DNA of 64,000 nt from Eledone cirrhosa (Eukaryota): assembly GCA_964016885.1 (NCBI GenBank), contig OZ024741.1, positions 76,756,001 through 76,820,000 of the forward strand. Reading direction: 5' to 3'. A program made the translations under genes and the position numbers. The notes under the pieces are model-generated. The model searched no databases. It saw nothing but the letters and a program-made list of their open reading frames with translations, and was not told where the DNA came from. Each line of letters starts with the position of its first letter. The stretch's first letter is position 1. Below are positions 50,312-62,406 of this stretch, in pieces.

Positions 50312-51586
50312 TCATCATCATCATCATCGTTTAACGTCCATCTTCCACGCTTGCATGGGTTTGGACGGGAATTTTCCCACTTGAGGCAAGATTGGTTGTC
50401 TTGCTCGTATAGGACTGTCTGGCGGGTTTTCTACGGCTGGATGCCCTTCCTAACACCAACCACTTTTACAGTGTGGACTGGGAGGTTTTTACCGTGTTGC
50501 CTACACGGCCACATTACAGCGTGGACTGTGTGTTTTTTTGTCGTGACACCTACACGACCTCATTTATTTCGGACTGGATGTTGTGGTACCAACATAACTT
50601 TACATCGAAAGGGGTGGTGTGGATGGGGTGGGGGTAGTGGGACCAGGGTGTATTTTTGTTAGAGGTGCCTACTGACTGTAGGTTTCGCTTTGTACTTAGG
50701 CAAGGGGGGGGGGGGTCTTCTGTATTACTGTGTAGCGCCAAAGATCTCGGTCCAGTGACATTGTCTTGGAGAGGTGTAAGTGTGTGAGGTCGGAATTTAT
50801 CAAGTCATCCCAGGTTTTTCTGGGTCTGCCTACTTCGTGGCTACCATCTATTTTTATCGCCCTGCACTTTTTTATACAGCTGTCGTCTTTCATGCGCATC
50901 ACGTGACCGTACCAACGTAATCTTCTCTCAAGTAAACAACATCTGATCCCTCTTATTCCTAATTTCTCCCTTAGTTCGTTTATGCTTTGCCGTTCACGTA
51001 TATTACTATTACACATCCAGCGGAGCATGCAAGCTTTGTTCCTCTCCAGTCTGCGTATATCCTCTGCACACAATGCCCAAGTCTCACTGCCATGTAACAT
51101 TGCTGTTCGTATGCAGGCATCATACAGCCTGCCTTTCATTTTTAGAGAGAACCCTTTAGCGGCCAATAGTGGTATAAGCTCTCTGAACTTTTTCCATCCC
51201 GTTCTGACTCTAGCTACTGTACTTTCAGAGCACCCTCCACCACTGTTGATTTTGACACCCAGGTAACGGAAGGTGTCCACTATTTCTATAGAACCATCTG
51301 TGCAATGGAATGAACTAGTATTCTGTGGGCACTTGCTGCTACTTATTGCACCTGAGCACCGGCCACATATAAAATCTATATTCTTAGTTAACTTACCTGT
51401 GGTCCCACTACATCTTTTATGCACCCATAATTTGCATTTTGGACATAAAATGGAGTTTCTGCCTACTCCTTTGCTACACACTGAGCATGGCCATTTCCCA
51501 GATGGGACCAGTGTTCTATTTTCCTTCCTACAAACTAGAACTTTAGTCTTAGACAGGTTAATTTTAAGACCTTTTGATTCTAGGCC
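50312..51586 (-). mobile_element. 5'-truncated RTE LINE
   Basis: ORF from GLESKGLKINLSKTK through the C4HC3 finger to GRPRKTW. (CAT)n tail at 50312-50328. The 5' end abuts (TA)n. Confidence 0.93.
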
Positions 51587-51619
<33 letters not shown>

Positions 51620-52518
51620 TAGCTCAAGATTAGAAAAGACAAACACAGAGATACAAATATACAAAGTCTTATTAGTATTATGCTTGTTGGAAAAGGAAAA
51701 TATCCCAAGATATCAGACGTTAATGCTTCATCAGGGGGTGAAAAATATGAAGATATATAAATCCATCCTGATTCAACAAACATAATCAAAAGCATTCAAA
51801 TCAGCAATAAACATCCTATCCCATCTATTTTTATGCATCTAGAACAACATTACCCAATGTGTCTAAATTTTTAAAGCTTGTACGGTTTGATCTTAGGAAT
51901 ATTTACCTTCTATTGCTAGCAAGTTAAGCAAACAAATAAAACGGTAACTTCATTCACTGACTTCATTGACTTAGGCCCCACGGCAAAGTGGTACTGGTGG
52001 TGTCACGATAAAATACAACCTGTCCTTCCTGTAAAGCTGTAGAGCTGGTGCCACAATAAAAAAGCACCCTGTCTACCATGTCAGGTTGTAGTGGTGGTAC
52101 CATGATAAAACACACTTAGTAAATGCTGTAAAGTGGTTAGCTTATGAAGAGAATCCAGCTGTAGCAACAATGTCATAATTTATTGTATGGGTGAGACACA
52201 GTCATCTTGATCTGTCTAACCTCATAAGGTAACTCATGTCAAATTCACATAAGCATGGAAAATAGATGTAAAATGATAATAATGATGATATATGTGTTGT
52301 CTATGTGTATAGCTCTTTTAACAAAATGTTTTTTTTCCATTTCGAGTAGACGTGCTCCATAATCCACTTTTCTAAAAAAATAAATCATACACAATACGCC
52401 AGCACCAACAGTTTTGCAAAAGATGTCAACATGAATGGACCTGTTATTTTTATCTAAAGACATTTTTTTCCAATTCCATCCTGCCCGTTCCCCTCAATCT
52501 ATCTTATTTCTCATTCTT

Positions 52519-52554
52519 TCTTCTGATGAAGGACTAGCGTCCAAAACGTTAAGA
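52519..52554 (+). ncRNA. Minimal type-I hammerhead motif, core G12>A (likely inactive)
   Basis: TCTT-CTGATGA-A-GGAC-TAGC-GTCC-AAAA-CG-TT-AAGA. Stems I and II intact, palindromic ACGT stem III; GAAA has become AAAA after a C (CpG decay pattern). Confidence 0.68.
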
Positions 52555-52654
52555 CCCTCTTCCTGCTATATCAAGCGTTAACCTAATATATCCCTTCCAT
52601 ATACTGTACCGATTGTGTTGTTATTTCTGTTTACCTTTTACATATATATATATA

Positions 52655-52829
52655 CCGTATTTCCCGGCATCGAAGACGCTAGCTACTTTTATCCTAAAAT
52701 AAGTCTAAAAAATCTACCATGTGTCCTGGAGGCCGAAGGTTGTTGTTTATTTTTTTTTTTCAAATTTTTAGTTGTCAAAATTAGGGTGTGTCCTCGAGCA
52801 CGAAGCGTCTTCGGCACCGGGAAATACGG
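52655..52829. mobile_element. Tc1/mariner-superfamily (Tc2/pogo-like) MITE
   Basis: TA|CCGTATTTCCCGGCATCGAAGACGCT ... AGCGTCTTCGGCACCGGGAAATACGG|TA: 26-bp TIRs (23/26 match) and TA TSD. Confidence 0.88.
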
Positions 52830-52944
52830 TATGTATATATATATATATATATTTATTTTCCATTTTGACATTATAGTCACTTATATATTATGAAATGCTG
52901 TTGGCTTCACGCTCACAATAATTTTTATACTTTCATTTATATAT

Positions 52945-53241
52945 ATATATAATGTGGAAAGTGATATAAAGCTAAACAATGCAGAATGGACAGTAAGATG
53001 AAAGTAACAAAAAAATTTAGTTACCTGGTAATCTTTTTTTTTTATTTTTTGTTGCTGTTGTTTCTTTCGTCCTAATATTTTGGGACTTAAAATTCACTCC
53101 TTCAAAGTATAAGGAACAACAGCAACAAAAAAACAAAAACAAAAAAAAAACGAAGATTACCAGGTAACTAAATTTTTCGTTACCTTCATCTTACCATCCA
53201 TGTTCATTGTTTAGCCTTATATGACATTCCACATTATATAT
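52945..53241. repeat. Imperfect inverted repeat (~120-bp arms, ~45-bp spacer) between (TA)n runs
   Basis: TATATAATGTGGAA...AAATTTAGTTACCTGGTAATCTT...TTGTTGCTGTTGTT versus AACAACAGCAACAA...AAGATTACCAGGTAACTAAATTT...TTCCACATTATATA. Confidence 0.85.
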
Positions 53242-53704
53242 AATATACAATGCTTCAAGCAAACTACAGCATTTTATTATATATTTATTTCTATATGTAA
53301 GTAGAGCTTCTTAAGTTGAATGGTTCTCAGCTGCTGTTTTTAGCGGTCTTTTGGTCCATTCACACCCTCATGGGCCCGTATACTAGTTATCTGATATATT
53401 TTTAGAAGTGTGGCTCGTATTGTTGATCCACCCTGTTGATAAGCCGTCAACGGTATTATTCTACACTTTATTTGAGGCAAAACATACAGCATGTCCAGGA
53501 GATATAGTTATAAACGAATGGTCTGTACATTTTAATTTATTTTTTTAATTGATATGTATTCTCCATTCTGTTCGTAGACATGATTTTCACTCTGGTGGTA
53601 TTATATCCCCTATAATTGAACACATACCTCTTTGTGTATTTTTCTCTATATACTGTCTTATAAAGAGCCCGGAATCTATTCATTGAGCTCATTAAATTAT
53701 AGGT

Positions 53705-55924
53705 GATTAATAATAATAATGAAATTATTGTGTAAAGTGCTCAGGTGCACTACAACTCGTCAAAGGTGTATGTATAGTACATAGAATAATACACAAATGT
53801 CAGGGAAGTGAATAGTGTATGAGTCATGGTGTACATGTGTGTATGGAGGGGGAACATTAGGTGTAGTGTTGGCGGATCTCGGGAAGCATGGAGGCCTTAA
53901 AGGATGCAGTGTCTCAACAGCTAACAACCGATGCAGGTAGTTTGTTCCATGCTTCAGCAACTCTGAGCGTGAAAAAATGTTTCCGAAAGTCATGGGAACT
54001 GTGCTGTTTTCTGACTTTGTGGGCATGCCCATGTGTGTTAGACACATGGAAATCAAAAAGGAACTCTGGGTTGCTGTTGGCAAGATGGTTGATAATTTTG
54101 TGGGTGTTTACCAAGTTAGTTGCCAGGCGTTGGAGCTTCATAGTATCCATGCCCAGGGAAGCAAGGCGTTCAGAGTATGGTAGATGCCTGATGGAGAGTA
54201 TTCGCTTGGTTGCACGTCTCTGAACAGTTTCTAGGTGGTCAATGTTCTGAGCAAGATAGGGGTTCCAGACTGGTGATGCAAATTCTAAGTGTGGCCGCAC
54301 CATAGCCATGTACAGCCTTAAATAGATAGCTGGAGAGCGGCTGACAAAGGTCTTGCTGAGGGATTCTAAGACACTCTCGGCCCTCTTGACAATTTTAGAG
54401 ACGTGCTTCGTCCAACGCAAATCGCTGCTGACCGTAATGCCCAGGTCACGTTCACAAGAAGACTTCTTGATATTAGTGCTGTGGAAGGAGTATGTGGACG
54501 CTGGGTTTTTACTCCCAAAATGCATGGTGGTGCACTTGTCCACAGCTAGCTTGAGTTGCCAGTCTGAGATCCATTGTTGCATTGTGTCCAGGTCAGACTG
54601 CAAGCAAGATCTCTAGTGTTCAGGATCTGTCCTTTTTATCTCAAGGTACAGCTTGATGTCATCTGCGTACTTTAGTACCGTGGCATTCTTTAAGTTGGCA
54701 TCTATGTCATTAATATATGCCACAAACAAAAGGGGGCCAAGAACAAATCCCTGTGGTACACCAGATAACATCTCATATGGTGAGGAATGCTGTCCCAGAA
54801 CCGTGACTACCTCTCTTCGACTGAGAATGAAGGACTTCAGCCAGTTAAAAAGATCATCCTTCACACCCATTGCAGAGAGTTTTGCCATAAGCCTTTTGTG
54901 TGGCACAGAATTGAAGGCTTTCGCAAAGTCAAGGTAAACAACATCCACCCATGAGCCGCCATCAGTGATCTGGGTGATATCCTCAAGAAACTCGATAAGT
55001 TGATCACAGCAGCTGGAGTTGGGGATAAATCCAAATTGCAAGGACCGGATAAGACTGTGAGAGCTCCAGAAGTTCCAAAGTGTTTCTCTGACACAGGATT
55101 CCATCAGTTTGGCAATGCAACTAGTAAGACTGACTGGACGATAGTTCACAGGTGATGTGCGGTCACCCTTTTTGAACAGAGGAATGACACTGGCAGTTTT
55201 CCACTGTTCTGGAGTAGCACCGTTGTTCAAACAGAATTGGAAGAAGTGTGATAACTGGTGCAGAAGGAAGTACCCACCACGTTTAAGAAGCAGGTACGTA
55301 ACACCATCAAGACCAGGAGAGGCATGGTTGCGTTTATTTTTTAGGTGACGTTGCAGCATTGCAGGTGTAAATTCCATGGTTGTAATAGGGTCCGATGTCA
55401 TAGGCGGTGGAGACGGTACATTCTGGTCTTCAATAGTGAAAATGCCTGCATAGCATTCAGCAATGAGCTCTGCACATTCCTTGGGGTCGTCAGTAACCTG
55501 GCTTGTGTGGGGATTGTGATGAGGACCAACTGGAGAGTGAGGCCTCTGCTTTGAGTGAACATACTTCCAGAACACCTTACTGCCAGGGCTGGTTGCTATG
55601 CGCTGCTCAAATTGAAGCACTGCCTTTTTTGTAACCTGTTTGAGGTGGTTGGACGATCTATTTCACCTCTTGCTATTAATGTCTGATTTGTGCAGTTTGT
55701 ACTCCCGTTCAGCATTGCAACGTTCTTTTCTGGCAAGACGGACTGCTGCAGTCTCCCAAATTGCACTTTTGGGATGTTTTTTCCGTTTACGTGGCACCAA
55801 TGATGCACATGCTGTCCATATTGAGCTCAGGATGCTCTGGAGTACAGTGTTGACATCTCCAGAGTCATAGAACTCAAGCCAGTTTGGTCGTTGCAACTCG
55901 GTGCAGTAACAGTTCCAGTCTGCT
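53705..55924 (-). mobile_element. 5'-truncated CR1-group LINE (same family as 4845-7830)
   Basis: ORFs 54613..55620 and 53914..54603 carry the RT motifs (YLDFAKAF, GVPQG, YADD) and FFTLRVAEAWNKLP. (TAA)n tail at ~53709-53720. Confidence 0.93.
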
Positions 55925-56227
55925 AATGTCAGTCTTCAACTCCATTTATTAATTTGATATATTTATATATATATACACAGTCCTCAACTTTTCTATGATG
56001 ACTTTCTTAACACAAAACTTTTTAGTTGCTTTTTAGATATGCAGAAATATGGTGTTCCTATTCTAAATCAGATACACACAGCATATATGTGTGTGTGTGT
56101 GTGTGTATATGTGTGTGTGCATGTAACTATATATATATATATATATATATATAAATATATATATAGATATATATATGTATATGTATATATGTGTATATAT
56201 AAATATATATAGATATATATATATATA

Positions 56228-56302
<75 letters not shown>

Positions 56303-56369
56303 CCTGGGATCAATCAGGGGTAACCACGGTAAGTAAGGTACTCAATACATAACAGAGTATAAATTTTTG

Positions 56370-56441
56370 ATATAGAAATGGCTTTCCTGATGATTTCCTT
56401 CAAATGAAACAGTTCTAGTCCTGTAGAAGCCATTTCTATAT
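56370..56441 (+). ncRNA. Type-I hammerhead motif with long stem I
   Basis: ATATAGAAATGGCTTTC-CTGATGA-TTTCCTTCAAAT-GAAA-CAG-TTCTAGTC-CTG-TA-GAAGCCATTTCTATAT. Stem I ~16 bp with one bulge, stem III ACAG/CTGT, GUA site at 56425; stem II weak. Confidence 0.72.
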
Positions 56442-57199
56442 TTTTAAAAATATATATATACATATATATAGAGAGAGAGAGATTAAGAGAGACAGACAAA
56501 CAGATACATACAAATACTCACATACAATATTATGCATAGCTATACTTAGATCAATATATTTATAGGGGTATATGAATGCGAGGGTGGTTAATAGGGTGTG
56601 TTTAGTTTGTGATCGTGACAGTGGCACAATGAAGTCAATAACACACCTACACCCAAAACAACACCTGCAATATAACAGGGTCTATTTTTTTTAGAACTGA
56701 ACATGATCTAGATAATTTTTACTCCACCCAATGACATCATTTGTACATTGTATACCTATGTGTGTGTAAACAGGCATATATATACATACATATGTATTTG
56801 TGTGTGTTGTTGTAGATTTATAGGTGAATAACTGACAATAAACATGAACTGATGTGGTGACTCCAAACTTTTGGTAGAGTAATATTTATTATATATATCT
56901 TGAGTTTTGCCATTGCTGACTAGTCATCCATGTGTGTGTGTGTGTGTTCTTCTTTGCCCACTTATCCCTGAGAAGGTCATGGAGGCAGAATCCTCAAACA
57001 CACTCTCCAGCAGATCCTGTCAGATGCGACTCTCTCCAATTGATCTGGTTGGATCCCCAAGCAAGACCACCCAAACTCATGAATGTTACCCAACCATCTT
57101 GCTTGTGTTCTACCTCTGGGTCTCCTGATGGCTGGATATATATATATATATATATCCAACCATCAGGATATATATATATATCCTTTAATGTTGCATAAA

Positions 57200-57243
57200 T
57201 ACACAATATATATTTCTATTGCCGGCTTACATCATCAGGTGTA
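57200..57243 (-). ncRNA. Type-I hammerhead motif (stem II eroded) within a diverged inverted repeat (57171-57240 / 57396-57458)
   Basis: Minus strand: TACAC-CTGATGA-TGTAAGCCGGCAATA-GAAA-TATATA-TT-GTGTA. The mirror arm at 57396 reads CCTGATGATTATACCCAGCCACAGAAATACGTAT. Confidence 0.55.
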
Positions 57244-57656
57244 AATTAACTTAAAAAATTTAGTAATCAGCTACTGGATCATGACAAAATATAAACAAAG
57301 AATAAATGCAGAGGCAGTCTGTCAATCGATGTGATCACTGCGACAGATGGCCTAAATCTTTAACCTGATGATGTTGCCTAATGTCTTACAGCATAACCTG
57401 ATGATTATACCCAGCCACAGAAATACGTATATATTTATACAACATTAAAGGAATATATTGGAATCTGGCCGTCTTTTTTCATTGAAGTATTTAACTCTAT
57501 TCCTACACCAACTATGAGATACCACATCTTTGATGGATGATATACATAATATTGAGAGCTTTTGCTTATTGCATCATGGTCTAATCAGAATAACTAGATC
57601 TACCCATTAGTCAAAGCATCTGACATAAATCATATATATATATATATATATATATG

Positions 57657-58541
57657 AACAGGATGGAAAAAGTTCAGAGAGCTTATACCACTATTGGCCG
57701 CTAAAGGTTCTCTCTAAAAATGAAAGGCAGGCTGTATGATGCCTGCATACGAACTGCAATGTTACATGGCAGTGAGACTTGGGCATTGTGTGCAGAGGAT
57801 ATACGCAGACTGGAGAGGAACGAAGCTTGCATACTCCACTGGATGTGTAATAGTAATATACGTGAACGGCAAAGCATAAACGAACTAAGGGAGAAATTAG
57901 GAATAAGAGGGATCAGATGTTGTTTACTTGAGAGAAGACTACGCTGGTATGGTCACGTGATGCGCATGAAAGACGACAGCTGTATAAAAAAGTGCAGGGC
58001 GATAAAAATAGACGGTAGCCACGGAGTAGGCAGACCCAGAAAAACCTGGGACGACTTGATAAATTCCGACCTCACACACTTACACCTCTCCAAGACAATG
58101 TCACTGGACCGAGATCTTTGGCGCTACACAGTAATACAGAAGACCCGCTTTGCCTAAGTACAAAGCGAAACCTACAGTCAGTAGGCACCTCTCACAGAAA
58201 TACACCCCCGTCTCACTACCCCACCCCATCCATATCACCCCTTCCAATGTAAAGTTATGTTGGTACCACAACATCCAGTCCGAAATAAATGAGGTTATGT
58301 AGGTGTCATGACAAAAAAAAAAACACACAGTCCACGCTGTAATGTGGCTGTGTAGGTAACATGGTAAAAACCTCCCAGTCCACACTGTAAACGTGGTTGG
58401 TGTTAGGAAGGGCATCCAGCTGTAGAAAACCTGCCAGACAGTTCTATACGAGCAAGACGACCAATCTTGCCTCAAGTGGGAAAATTCCCGTCCAAACCTA
58501 TGCAAGCGTGGAAGATGGACGTTAAACGATGATGATGATGA
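57657..58541 (+). mobile_element. 5'-truncated RTE LINE
   Basis: ORF 57720..58157 is the RTE C-terminus, followed by the 3' UTR and (GAT)n tail. The 5' end abuts (TA)n. Confidence 0.93.
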
Positions 58542-58544
58542 ATC

Positions 58545-59380
58545 AAGAGAAGGGTGCCCAAGAAGGCTGTTAATGCAAACTTGACTGTAACAGATCGGGA
58601 TCTAAGCACTGACTTCAATGTGAGCCAAACCACCATTGAAAAGGCTTGGTAACATATCAAAGGTTGGAAAATGGGTTCCACATAATCTCTCTGCTGACAA
58701 TTGCAAACAACATGTTGACTGCTGTGCATTATTGTATTCTCATAGCTGCAAATGCCTTTTTTAACAGTCATTAATGGAGATGAGAAATGGCTACTTTATC
58801 AAAATGTTAAGTGAAGAGGTCACTGGCTCAGTCATGCCAGCTCAGCATCCCAGAAGTGGCCTACATTCAAGGAAGATTCTTCTGAGTGTGTAGTGGGATA
58901 AGCAGGGAATAATTCATCATGAGCTGCTAGGCAATAATCAAACAATAACCACTGAAGTCTATTGTCAACAGCTAAAACGTTTAACAGCAGCTTTGCAGCA
59001 AAAACACATATCATTAACAAAGAGAAAGGGAGTCATCCATCATCATGATAATGCTAATCTCACACTGCACAAATGACCAAAGATCTTCTAGAAAAATATG
59101 CCTGGGAAATTATACTTCACTCACAATATTCCCTGGACCTCACATCAACAGATTACCATCTCTTTAAAGGTTTGCAAAAACATTTGAGTGGATTAAAACT
59201 TACTTCAAGAGAAAAAGTAAAAAATTAGTTAGTTTCAGCATAACATTAAAAAGCTTCTTGACAGATAGAGAAAGGTCATAGAGAAGAATGGTGACTACAT
59301 TAACAAATAAAAATATCTGATATTTTTTATTGTTTTATTGCGCCTTAAAAAATGAACAGAACTTTTGTTACAACCTGATA
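58545..59380 (+). mobile_element. Mariner (DD34D-type) transposase pseudogene with right TIR
   Basis: INGDEKWLLYQN (~58770), HHDNA (~59041), HSQYSLDLTSTDYHLF (YSPDL motif, ~59120-59165). End ACTTTTGTTACAACCTGATA is mariner-TIR-like. Many stops. Confidence 0.85.
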
Positions 59381-59382
59381 TA

Positions 59383-60073
59383 TCTGTATATATATAAAGA
59401 CGAAGTTTTCTGTATGTGTGTGTGTGGACAATTTTTAATGAAGACTCATATATTCTAAACCATTCATGCGATTTCTTTGAAATCTTTTACAGAGCTTCTC
59501 CTTGCACAAAACCTGTACATGATCTACAAAGGCTTTCAAAAATCGATATTGGGGCCTTTGGAGACATTAAAAAAGTTTCGGTTATTTGTGGCAATTTTCG
59601 TGATTAAGTAAGACAAGAGTTATCTTTCGTAATTCGGCTCGTTCGGATTTTAATTTACTCTTTGTACTTGAAACAAAAGGTATGCTTCCTTGAGACTAAC
59701 AATATCATTTTGTATATTTCACAACCAGCAATTTCTAACAGATTACTAAGTTAAGTTATAGATTTGACATTGTATAATTTATCGTTTCAAGGCTGATGTT
59801 CATACATTAAGTGATGTCATAACTTTTACAATATTATGCTTTGTACATAATAGTGTCTATTATTCACTTCACTTCTCTATTTCATGATGCGCTTTTACTG
59901 TTGTCAAAAAAGACACTGAGCTTACATATTAATTATTTCGCTGGAATAGTGCCTAAGGTTTTCATGTTTACATAAAGTATGTTTTTCTTCTATGTATTCA
60001 AATTTACTTTGTTTAGTTTAATGACCTACATCGAAAGCTACTTGAACCATCCAAATGACGGGTAGTTTAGCTA

Positions 60074-60074
<1 letters not shown>
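59383..60074 (+). mobile_element. Non-autonomous Helitron
   Basis: A|TCTGTATATATATAAAG...(TG)n 5' end; 3' end ACCATCCAAATGACGGGT (degenerate hairpin) AGTTTAGCTAG|T. Confidence 0.65.
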
Positions 60075-60129
<55 letters not shown>

Positions 60130-60714
60130 TCAAAATTAATTGAAGGAAAATCAACCAACTTTCATTTAAAACTGTTTAATCATTTACAATTATTTCTGGT
60201 TATATATATATATATATAATGTATTTATATATGTGTACGCACATACACACACGCACACAGACATACACACACACACTCACACACACACACACACATACAT
60301 AATATCTGTACACATGACACAACAATGCTGGATAGGAAAATCCTAGTGGCTGATACATCACAAAAATACCCAATTAACACAAATTTTGTCCATAAACTCT
60401 ACATTAATATAAACAAAATAAACACAGAATTAATGATGTATAAATCTAATGATGAAACCGAAATTTTTAATTCTGGCAATAAAGTTAACACAAATTTTGT
60501 TCATAAACTCTACACTTGTCTTCATTTAAAAAAAAAGGGGCAGTATAGAATGTAACAACACTTTGTATGTTGATGGTGAGACTGGATACCTCTAGAAATG
60601 ATGATAGATTTAGAAACTTTGTTGTTCTAAATAAGCTAGAAAGAATTCATGAGACAATATACAAATAAAAAATACAACTGGAACATAGTTATGTCTTTAA
60701 TGTAACAAGTTTAA

Positions 60715-60935
60715 CCCTTTAGCATTTACATTACTCTATATTTACTATTGCATTTTTACAGTAAACACTTTATTCCACATAATTATCTCATATAATATCG
60801 AATCTATGAGGTTTTGACATTATTTATTTTGAGAACAATACCTTAACATAAATATGAGCAACCTGTTATGGCCGGTTTGATCAGAAAGAGGTGAGAGAAT
60901 TCTGGCAGTATACAGTCAGTTTAAATGCTAAAGGG
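60715..60935. mobile_element. piggyBac-like MITE
   Basis: TTAA|CCCTTTAGCATTTA ... TAAATGCTAAAGGG|TTAA: perfect 14-bp TIRs. Confidence 0.82.
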
Positions 60936-61249
60936 TTAACACAAAAGCTGTTTCCCAATATAAACATATGTATGTATGCATCCAGTGCACTTTGCAAAGT
61001 GATGGTGCGGATGTTATGATAAAATGCACCCAGCCCACTTTGAAAAAAGTGGTAGTACTAATGCCATGATTAAATAGACCCGGTACACACTGTAATGTGG
61101 TTGATGTTAAGAAAGTCATCCAGCTGAAACATATGTCATGTAACCTGTCTAGTCTCAGAATCGAACAACCCATTCAATCATGCCAGCATAAAACCTGGAC
61201 ATAAAACTGATGATAATGAATATTATACATATAAATATATATAGAGAGA

Positions 61250-61415
61250 GAGGGTCGGAGGCCATGCTTTGACGCATAGAGTTACGGTCCTTGCCATTCT
61301 GAGCTCAAATCCCGCCAAGGTTTACTTTGCTTTTCATCCTTACGGAGTTGATAAAATAAAGTGCCAATGATGCACTGGGTAATTGCTGGCCTTGTGCCAA
61401 AAGTAGAAACAATTA
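61250..61415 (+). mobile_element. Family-A SINE (5' truncated)
   Basis: GAGGGTCGGAGGCCATGCTTTG...TTTCATCCTTACGGAGTTGATAAAATAAAG...GGCCTTGTGCC. Confidence 0.78.
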
Positions 61416-61450
61416 TATATATATATATAGAGAGAGAGAGCGAGAGAAGG

Positions 61451-61502
<52 letters not shown>

Positions 61503-61558
61503 ATATATATATTATTCAGAATATTAATAAATGAATACGTTCACATAATCAAAATATG

Positions 61559-61620
61559 TTTTATTATATATATTTCGGAGGTACTGTGCTGTTTTTTCAG
61601 TACGCTCTCATCAGATAAAA
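61559..61620 (-). ncRNA. Type-I hammerhead ribozyme motif (complete)
   Basis: Minus strand: TTTTAT-CTGATGA-GAGCGTACTG-AAAAAACAGCA-CAGTACCTCC-GAAA-TATATA-TA-ATAAAA. Stem I TTTTAT/ATAAAA, stem II GAG(C)GTACTG/CAGTACCTC, stem III ATATATAT, AUA site. Confidence 0.8.
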
Positions 61621-61625
61621 TATAT

Positions 61626-61933
61626 GGAGGCACATGGCTTAGTGGTTAGAGCATTGGCCTTGCAATCGAAAGGTTGTGAGTTCAATTCTCAGACTGTTCC
61701 AGTTTACTCAGCTGTAGAAATGAGATGATAGGGACTGAGGTCCATATCATTCCACTGCAAAATGGTCGTGGAGGTGCCACGGCTAAAAAAGCACCCAGCA
61801 CTCACTGTAAATGAGGTTGGTGTTAGAAAGAGCATCCAGCTGTAGAAATCAAGCCAGAATCAGTTCCCGTCCCACCCTTGCAAGCAAGGAAAAAGCGGAC
61901 GTAAAATGGAATGATGAAATGATGATGAAATGA
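61626..61933 (+). mobile_element. Family-B SINE with internal deletion
   Basis: GGAGGCACATGGCTTAGTGGTTAGAGC...RTE-type tail, (ATG)n. Confidence 0.85.
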
Positions 61934-62290
61934 TATTTATATTATATATATAAAATATATGAAATATATATATATTATATATATACATATGATTTATTTA
62001 TTTTGGTCATTTTGGAAGCCTCAACAATGCAGATGGGTAAATCTCCATGTAACAGAATCCGGTGGTGAAGAGAGAGATGTAAGGGAATGTAGAATGAGAT
62101 GTATAGTGTGTAGAGGAACGTAGGAAAGAGCGTAAAAATAAAAATAATACCACGAGATAGAGTTACCTTGGGAGAGATTTAATTGTCCCTATATTTCGGA
62201 TTCGCATCTATCAACTGGGGGGTTTTCCGGGAGGGAAAAGTTATCTGTCGGAGAGGAACGGTACGTGTCCTCTGCTGTCCGCTGTTTGTG

Positions 62291-62327
<37 letters not shown>

Positions 62328-62406
62328 GGAAAAAGTATGACCCCAATGGCAGAGCTCAAGCCGTTTCGATGGCTATTTCTGGACTCTAATTTGTTATATA
62401 TATATG

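Noticed and set aside
51710-51740. Minus-strand CCCCTGATGAAGCATTAACGTCTG
   Set aside because: The GAAA half of the core is missing. Possibly a deleted hammerhead, but not supportable. The same applies to half-motifs at ~23160, ~62190 and ~62362.
60374-60515. ~30-bp direct repeat TTAACACAAATTTTGTYCATAAACTCTACA, 110 bp apart
   Set aside because: Only two copies in AT-rich DNA with no element hallmarks between them; probably a local duplication.
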